42,214 nucleotides of DNA from a virus. The stretch is taken from positions 1-42,214 of the IMG/VR virus record IMGVR_UViG_3300002460_000067; one strand, given 5' to 3'. Made by a program: the position numbers and the translations under genes. A model generated the notes under the pieces. It saw only the letters and a list, made by a program, of their open reading frames with translations, was not told the origin of the DNA and did no database searches. Positions 37,535 to 42,214 of this stretch are shown here, one piece after another (position 1 is the first letter of the stretch; each line of letters begins with the position of its first letter).

Positions 37535-37750
37535 TTATCCAAAGCGTTCTAATCGCTTCACCGCCTTGGATTTACGGATGACCGGCAAATGAAAATGATT
37601 TTCGGTCGCACGAATGAATTGACAAAGCGCGCCGCGCACTTCATTCATCTGCCGGCGCTCTTCCACGCCCTCTATTGTATCAGGAGGGGGGAGCGTAGTC
37701 AACATGTAATATGCCAGCCGATACAGTCCAAGCCATAGATGGTCGTTCAA
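37535..37750 (-). CDS. hypothetical protein
   Basis: Track ORF with an ATGA overlap with the upstream gene. Confidence 0.55.
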   Translation of the reverse strand: MNDHLWLGLYRLAYYMLTTLPPPDTIEGVEERRQMNEVRGALCQFIRATENHFHLPVIRKSKAVKRLERFG

Positions 37751-37935
37751 TCGTCCACCTCTCGCCCTTCCAGGAAGGCGGCAAGGAGAGCGGCCCCCTG
37801 GGCCATATCACGCCATAAATGTCTGAGCAAAGAACGCGCCAACTCCTCCATAGACCGTTTTGCTACCCGTTGGCGCTCTTTCTCATCGGATGCTGACACA
37901 AGATAAACGATTCGTTTTTCATGAGTAGTTATCAC
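37747..37935 (-). CDS. hypothetical protein
   Basis: Track ORF with an ATGA overlap with the terL stop. Confidence 0.55.
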   Translation of the reverse strand: MITTHEKRIVYLVSASDEKERQRVAKRSMEELARSLLRHLWRDMAQGAALLAAFLEGREVDD

Positions 37936-39377
37936 AGATACCCCCGTATCTCGCTCTTGCGCTCACTCTTGCGGCGCTCGATTGCGCTGCCAAACTTGTC
38001 GAACAACCAATATCCTAGCGCCTTGAACGCATCGTTGTTGGCGTCGATGGGGCGCTGCGCCTGGCTCATGCCCTCCGTCCAGTCCGGCCATTTGTACAGA
38101 CCCGCCTCGGCAATAATCCCGTGCGCCCGGCCTTGGACATCACGATCACTGCGCATGTGATGGGCAAAATATAGGAGCGGTTGGCCCGCTATCGGATGCA
38201 CGCGCAGGCGGTGGCGCACCACCTCTATCCCCTCCGGGATAGAGATCTTCCTGCTGCGCAGATTCAACCCTGTCTCTTCGCGCCAGATTTGCACCTGGCT
38301 CTTGTTGGCGTGATGCTGCTTGCCTGCTACGTCAATCACGCCCGCCGCAACATGCTTCCACCACGGCTTGGCCACGACCAGCGGAATCACATCGTAGACG
38401 CTCGTGTCGTGTTCGTATATCTCATCTATCACCCTGACCTCATGTAACTGCACCTGCCGCCCCGAGGCTACGGTCGTGAAGTGCGGCAACGGTCGCCACT
38501 GCATCGCCAACACCGCATAGGTGTGCTGCGCCGGGTCAATCGCCAATTCAATCGGCAAGGTCTTGTCGAAGGGCAACGGCTTTACATGCAGGCGCCGGTC
38601 GAATATCTTGAATACCAATCCGCTACTCTTATAGGGAACGGCGGCCACACGCTGTAGAAATAATTCCGGTGTAATGCCATTCTCCAGGTCTTTAATTTTT
38701 GAGTCCAGCCTACCCAGGGGGAACTTGGCCGTGTTGCTCCAACTGGGCAGGCTGAAACTCCTGCCGCCCTCTGGATTGCTGCCTTGCCACTTCTCCCACA
38801 AGTCAGCGTACCAGGGCTGGGCGTCCTCCAGGGTGCCGGTCATGAAAATGCGCGAGCCATGTTCTAACGCCCGCTCCTGCAATTTCTCATAACTGGCGTG
38901 CGTCTGTTGCCCCATCTCCACGCCCGCCAACGCATGGGGCGCAAAGCTGGCAACCGTCGCCAGGTCTTTGGCGCTCTTCGTCTGCACCCGACATCCCCAT
39001 ATCGTGGTAAGGCTGCGGCTCCCCTTCTCCGGGATAGACTCGCTCTCTATGAGCGCCATTGCCTTGAGTGGGGCGTACATATAATCAAACTCGCCCTTCG
39101 CCTGTTCGTAGTCGGGGCCCACCAACCAGATCAACCCGCGGTCGCGGAAAATGTGTTTAAGTAACTCCATCGCCAGGAACTGAGACTTGCCAGCGCGAAT
39201 TCCACCCGTCACCATCACCAGGCGATTCGTGCATTCGTGGATTTCCCGCTGCCCACGACTTACCGTCCGCTCATTCCCTTCCAGGTCGAACACCGGAAAA
39301 TACCCTTCCGTGGGCTTATAGCCTGCTTCAGCCCAGAGTAGGCGCAATATCCGCGCCTGTTCAGCTTCTGAAAACAT
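37932..39377 (-). CDS. terL: terminase large subunit
   Basis: Walker A 'VMVTGGIRAGKS', suitable size, and the portal gene 0.4 kb downstream. ATG 39377 lies 5 nt after AAGGA. The track ORF's 54-codon N-terminal extension runs into the repeat array and is probably not translated. Confidence 0.9.
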   Translation of the reverse strand: MFSEAEQARILRLLWAEAGYKPTEGYFPVFDLEGNERTVSRGQREIHECTNRLVMVTGGIRAGKSQFLAMELLKHIFRDRGLIWLVGPDYEQAKGEFDYMYAPLKAMALIESESIPEKGSRSLTTIWGCRVQTKSAKDLATVASFAPHALAGVEMGQQTHASYEKLQERALEHGSRIFMTGTLEDAQPWYADLWEKWQGSNPEGGRSFSLPSWSNTAKFPLGRLDSKIKDLENGITPELFLQRVAAVPYKSSGLVFKIFDRRLHVKPLPFDKTLPIELAIDPAQHTYAVLAMQWRPLPHFTTVASGRQVQLHEVRVIDEIYEHDTSVYDVIPLVVAKPWWKHVAAGVIDVAGKQHHANKSQVQIWREETGLNLRSRKISIPEGIEVVRHRLRVHPIAGQPLLYFAHHMRSDRDVQGRAHGIIAEAGLYKWPDWTEGMSQAQRPIDANNDAFKALGYWLFDKFGSAIERRKSERKSEIRGYL

Positions 39378-39383
39378 TACTAT

Positions 39384-39904
39384 CCTTTGCTGCGCCGCGC
39401 TGCGCCTGGCCTTGCCTTTGCTGGGCGTGGCCGTGCGTTGCCTTTGCTGCGCCTTTGCTATGCCTTTGCTATGCGTCGCATTGCTGTGCCTTTGCCTTGC
39501 TGTGCTGCGCGGTGTCATGCGCTGCCTTTGCTGTGCCATGCGTGGCCACGCCTTTGCTGCGCCTTGCTAAACGTTGCCTCGCATCGCCCTTGCATGGCCA
39601 AGCGACGCCATGCCTTTGCTGTGCATTGCTCTGCGGGACCATGCCTTTGCTGTGCAGCGCATTGCTGCGCGGTGTCATGCCTTGCCTTTGCTGCGCCGGG
39701 CGTCGCGGTGCGATGCCTTGGCTGTGCCCTGCGGCGCCTTGCCTTTGCTGCGCCGGGCGTCGCGGTGCCTTGCCTTTGCTGCGCCTTGCTAAACGTTGCC
39801 TCGCATCGCCCTGGCGTGGCCAAGCGACGCCCTGCCTTTGCTGCGCCGGGCGTGGCGATGCTGTGCTACGCCTTTGCTGTGCGGGGCATAGCATCGCCTT
39901 TGCT
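39384..39904. repeat. Array of 16 GCCTTTGCTGYGC boxes (non-coding)
   Basis: CCTTTGCT starts at 39384, 39415, 39441, 39452, 39463, 39489 (variant), 39525, 39551, 39613, 39644, 39685, 39742, 39773, 39835, 39871 and 39897, all in the same orientation. Nested longer duplications occur at 39551-39612 / 39773-39834 and 39504-39520 / 39664-39680. Confidence 0.9.
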
Positions 39905-40483
39905 GTGCATATAGGAAAATCTGCCGTAACTGGCGTTGCGCCATTGACCTAAACCACGATACTTCCCGTAGTCTAGCCATTCTTCCAACAGTTCCGGCGT
40001 AACGACCTTGCTGTCCAACACGTCCAACGTGAAAGCAATGCTGCTCCCCGCTGCGATCATCTCGCTGCACGCTAACGCTACCCGTTCGCCCTGCGCGGTC
40101 TGTGCCCGCAGTGGTCGTTCTAATGCGCCAATCTCCCCGCACACCGTTATAGGAATCTGGCGCGGGAAGACGAACACCAGCCCGTCGATTATCTTCTTGT
40201 AGGCTCTCAGCTTCTTGCTGCCCGTTCCATCCACCCGCGCCAACATCCCGCAGGTATCTTTAAAGAAGCCCTTAATCACATAGTCATAAAGAATAGGATT
40301 GCCCGCCGCGTCCCGGTGGAATCCCGTCTTGCCCTTGTCCTCACCGATGGTGTCAACCTCATCGTGAGGAAACTCACCTACCCCGTTCGTCACGCGATTC
40401 TCCGCGATGTACGTCGAATAAATTTCCTTATCCATCGGAGCCGTACCCAATAAAGGTTCCGTAAACGTCAGTACAATTTTCAT
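39866..40483 (-). CDS. hypothetical protein with RAMP-like sequence hallmarks (205 aa)
   Basis: ATG 40483 follows GGGGGGA. The protein begins MKIVLTFTEPLLGTAP, has 'GNPILYDYVIKGFFKDTCGML' in the middle, and has a glycine-rich 'GLGQWRNASYGRF' near the C-terminus. Confidence 0.6.
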   Translation of the reverse strand: MKIVLTFTEPLLGTAPMDKEIYSTYIAENRVTNGVGEFPHDEVDTIGEDKGKTGFHRDAAGNPILYDYVIKGFFKDTCGMLARVDGTGSKKLRAYKKIIDGLVFVFPRQIPITVCGEIGALERPLRAQTAQGERVALACSEMIAAGSSIAFTLDVLDSKVVTPELLEEWLDYGKYRGLGQWRNASYGRFSYMHSKGDAMPRTAKA

Positions 40484-40497
40484 GCTATATCCCCCCA

Positions 40498-40632
40498 CTA
40501 TGGAAAATGTAATACCCCGTACTTCGTAAGCGTATCCAACACCCACAACAGCGCACGCCCTACCTGTTCCAGGTCTACGCCCAGCCATAAGCCCAGGATA
40601 ATCAAGAGCGCCGCCACACTAAAAAAAATCAT
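40498..40632 (-). CDS. possible small membrane protein (44 aa, below the ORF-track cutoff)
   Basis: Hand translation gives MIFFSVAALLIILGLWLGVDLEQVGRALLWVLDTLTKYGVLHFP. It fills an otherwise empty 135-nt gap. The SD is weak. Confidence 0.35.
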   Translation of the reverse strand: MIFFSVAALLIILGLWLGVDLEQVGRALLWVLDTLTKYGVLHFP

Positions 40633-40957
40633 CTGCTGTCCAGTCATGCTCTACCCGCTTTCCAGAATTGCCGCCTGGCTCCGTTGGCGTGGCTTCAAAA
40701 TGCATTCCGCAGAATCGCACGCCGCCCGGCGCAAACGCCATAATCGCCAACGCGTAAGCGAAGCGATTGAACATAATCGCGGCTTCGCCCCTTTTGCCGC
40801 CGCCGAACTGGAGGATGTCACCGCGCTCGCCCAGTTCGTCGGTAAAGTTTCGCGCCCATTCCCATTCAAGATCATCAGGCCCTCCCCTGTGTTCAATATC
40901 TATGATATTCAGCGGAACAGCAGCAGAGACGGCAATCGCCAGTAAGCCGATGGTCAT
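40619..40957 (-). CDS. hypothetical protein
   Basis: Track ORF with an ATGA overlap with the upstream gene. Confidence 0.55.
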   Translation of the reverse strand: MTIGLLAIAVSAAVPLNIIDIEHRGGPDDLEWEWARNFTDELGERGDILQFGGGKRGEAAIMFNRFAYALAIMAFAPGGVRFCGMHFEATPTEPGGNSGKRVEHDWTADDFF

Positions 40958-41232
40958 ACGCTCACCTTCTTCGGTCTACCCCGCCCACGTTTCACCGTCA
41001 CCGCATCCGCATTCTCCTTCACACGCTTCGCCACACCACGCCCGCCATTGCATACCTCGTAAATCGAAAAGGTCAACGGCTCCGCAACGCTATACACAAT
41101 ATTCCCCTCGACAACTACATTGACGTAAACCAGCCCGAACAGCCGAGATGACAATGCAGGTCTCAATGTAGGCGATTGGGCTATTTCGTTTAATCTGGCC
41201 CGTCCTGGCAGGCTACGGATGATTCTGTGCAT
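40954..41232 (-). CDS. hypothetical protein with C-terminal AT-hook-like tail
   Basis: It ends ..KRGRGRPKKVSV. ATG 41232 lies 6 nt after GAGG. The track start is TTG 41238. Confidence 0.5.
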   Translation of the reverse strand: MHRIIRSLPGRARLNEIAQSPTLRPALSSRLFGLVYVNVVVEGNIVYSVAEPLTFSIYEVCNGGRGVAKRVKENADAVTVKRGRGRPKKVSV

Positions 41233-41443
41233 CGGCAACCTCTACCCCTTCTGGCGTATACACACTGATGCACGTACCATCCACCGCCACATAGAACCCC
41301 AAGTGCGCTGCCATCTTTGCAATGATGATCAGCATGTTATGTCCCACCGTCCCATGATTGCACTCATGCATGTAGAAAAGCGCGTGCTTTATCTCTGTCA
41401 ATTCCCGTGTGGTCAACTGCAATACCTTCGGCTCGTTATTCAT
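41213..41443 (-). CDS. hypothetical protein (76 aa)
   Basis: ATG 41443 follows AAGGGGGAG. It is the internal Met of track ORF 41213..41509. Confidence 0.55.
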   Translation of the reverse strand: MNNEPKVLQLTTRELTEIKHALFYMHECNHGTVGHNMLIIIAKMAAHLGFYVAVDGTCISVYTPEGVEVADAQNHP

Positions 41444-41482
41444 TGACTCCCCCTTCTCTAATCGTTGGTTATACGGTACTTT

Positions 41483-41499
41483 GATTAACCTGATTAACC
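41483..41499 (-). promoter_or_regulatory. Two GGTTAATC boxes (minus strand)
   Basis: GATTAACC at 41483-41490 and 41492-41499 on the plus strand. The core matches the 1014-1051 boxes. Confidence 0.4.
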
Positions 41500-41520
41500 C
41501 TGTCCGCATTTTACAGGTGG

Positions 41521-41565
41521 TAGGGTAGGGTTAATTATCGTAACCGGATAATTAACCCTACCCTA
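41521..41565. repeat. Perfect inverted repeat, 18-bp arms and 9-bp spacer
   Basis: tagggtagggttaattat (41521-41538) pairs with ataattaaccctacccta (41548-41565). It lies in a divergent intergenic region. Confidence 0.9.
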
Positions 41566-41570
41566 TATTA

Positions 41571-41759
41571 TACCTTGTTTTACCTTATAATACATTATTT
41601 TACCTTATAATACCTTATAATACATTATTTTACCTTATTATACCTTATTTACACAATGTATTCTAATGTATTATAATGTATTTTACCTTATTATTATAAT
41701 GTATAATACATTATTTTACCTTATAATACATTATTATACATTATTTTACCTTACCTTGA
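41571..41759. repeat. AT-rich array of TAC(C/A)TTAT boxes
   Basis: TACCTTAT at 41581, 41601, 41611, 41631, 41641, 41684 and 41717. TACATTAT at 41591, 41621, 41707, 41727 and 41737. Inverted ATAATGTA at 41673 and 41696. Variants lie at 41571, 41747 and 41752. Confidence 0.85.
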
Positions 41760-41771
41760 AAGGAACCATTT

Positions 41772-41963
41772 ATGTCCACCAGACAAGTGACTGTTTACCT
41801 GCCCGAAGACCTGCACGAAATCCTGAAAGAGATTGCCAATCAACGCTGCTATTCACTCAATAAACTGATCATCTACCTCCTGCGCAATCAGAAGGAGTTC
41901 ACGAGACAAGACCCCGAAACACAGGAGGAGATTGACGACGAAGCGACCCGCCTGTTCGGCTAA
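41772..41963 (+). CDS. ribbon-helix-helix (CopG/Arc-like) protein
   Basis: 'RQVTVYLPEDLHEILKEIANQRCYSLNKLIIYLL' is a typical RHH N-terminus. The SD is GAAAGGAAC, as in the early genes. Confidence 0.7.
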   Translation: MSTRQVTVYLPEDLHEILKEIANQRCYSLNKLIIYLLRNQKEFTRQDPETQEEIDDEATRLFG

Positions 41964-42000
41964 TACCCTTTATCCCCCGATTCTTACCACCAAAACTACG

Positions 42001-42139
42001 GGAGTGTAGGTATAATATGATGTGGTTTAGTTTGGTCTGATGTAGTGGTATTGTGTTCTCTTGTAATGTGTTGTCTTGTGATGTCTTCTGTTCTGTTGCT
42101 CTCTGTTCCTCTGCGTTGCTCTCCCCCCCCTTATATACA
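42001..42139 (+). other. Strongly strand-skewed non-coding tract (G+T-rich, then pyrimidine-rich)
   Basis: 42001-42057 contains a single C. From about 42085 the plus strand is C/T-rich and runs into the 39-nt pure pyrimidine tract at 42140-42178 (equal to 1-39). Confidence 0.8.
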
Positions 42140-42214
42140 CTCTCTCTCTCCTTCTTCTCTCTCTCCTCTCCTCCTCCCGGAGTATCCCCCCCCTGCCTGC
42201 GCCTGGCCCGCCCA
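42140..42214. repeat. Second copy of the 75-bp terminal repeat
   Basis: Identical to 1..75. Confidence 0.95.

Noticed and set aside
39378-39539. 54-codon N-terminal extension of TerL (track ORF start 39539).
   Set aside because: The extension consists entirely of repeat-array sequence (AQQRQR/SKGKA). ATG 39377 has a proper AAGGA SD, and the conserved terminase sequence begins there.
39384-39904. CRISPR array, or a repeat-protein gene, in the GCCTTTGCTG region. Several long ORFs are open on both strands, for example 39387..39914, 39455..39952, 39469..39894 and 39515..39823.
   Set aside because: The conserved box is only about 13 nt and its spacings are irregular (11-62 nt), so this is not a repeat-spacer architecture. 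Most box spacings are not multiples of 3, so one ORF reads the box in different frames. The open frames are explained by the stop-poor composition of the repeat.
1-42214. Temperate lifestyle markers (integrase, excisionase, CI-type repressor, attP, partition ATPase) and mobile elements.
   Set aside because: No ORF shows tyrosine or serine recombinase, transposase or ParA-like motifs that I can recognise. The only candidate selfish gene is the HNH endonuclease (3967..4353), and I see no intron or intein context for it.

Overview
This window is a complete, terminally redundant genome of a tailed dsDNA phage. It is 42,214 nt long and the first 75 nt are identical to the last 75 nt, so 42,139 nt are unique. 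I found no rRNA, convincing tRNA, CRISPR array, integrase, transposase, tape-measure, sheath or tube gene, so the virion module looks podovirus-like.

Layout:
1. A plus-strand early operon (1144-3750) starts at a perfect TTGACA-17-TATAAT promoter. It holds about 8 tiny genes, each preceded by a repeated structured RNA module, and ends in a ribbon-helix-helix (RHH) gene.
2. A minus-strand regulation and replication operon (7865->3780) encodes a LuxR-type HTH, a PAPS-reductase-like PP-loop protein, a primase-polymerase/VirE-type helicase, an HNH endonuclease and a small membrane protein.
3. A Cro-like HTH gene sits next to a back-to-back promoter pair (8391-8508).
4. A plus-strand recombination and accessory operon (8620-13496) encodes Zn-ribbon proteins, ERF, VRR-NUC, a pentapeptide-repeat protein, membrane proteins and a DUF1874/B116-like protein.
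5. A ~28-kb minus-strand morphogenesis block (41443->13603) encodes TerL, portal, a Gln-rich protein, a 2,789-aa giant protein, scaffold, an HK97-fold capsid protein, about 10 virion/tail proteins, a PD-(D/E)xK nuclease, a C-tail-anchored protein and a 25-aa Cys/Lys peptide.

Most notable non-standard signals:
- A ~520-bp non-coding array of 16 GCCTTTGCTGYGC boxes lies directly upstream of terL.
- One giant ORF takes about one fifth of the genome and has no motif I recognise. It is paired with a Gln-rich repeat protein.
- A three-hairpin intercistronic module in the early operon shows compensatory base changes between copies.
- A consensus promoter, ~175-nt leader and intrinsic terminator sit in front of the capsid genes, as in lambda PR'/6S. 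The terminator cassette is duplicated before the portal gene.
- An iteron-like cluster of TCACCAT boxes lies at 555-953.
- Short perfect tandem repeats recur exactly at translation-initiation regions.
- A protein next to the terL array has RAMP-like sequence hallmarks.

All family assignments come from recognising motifs by eye. No database search, folding or statistics were run.
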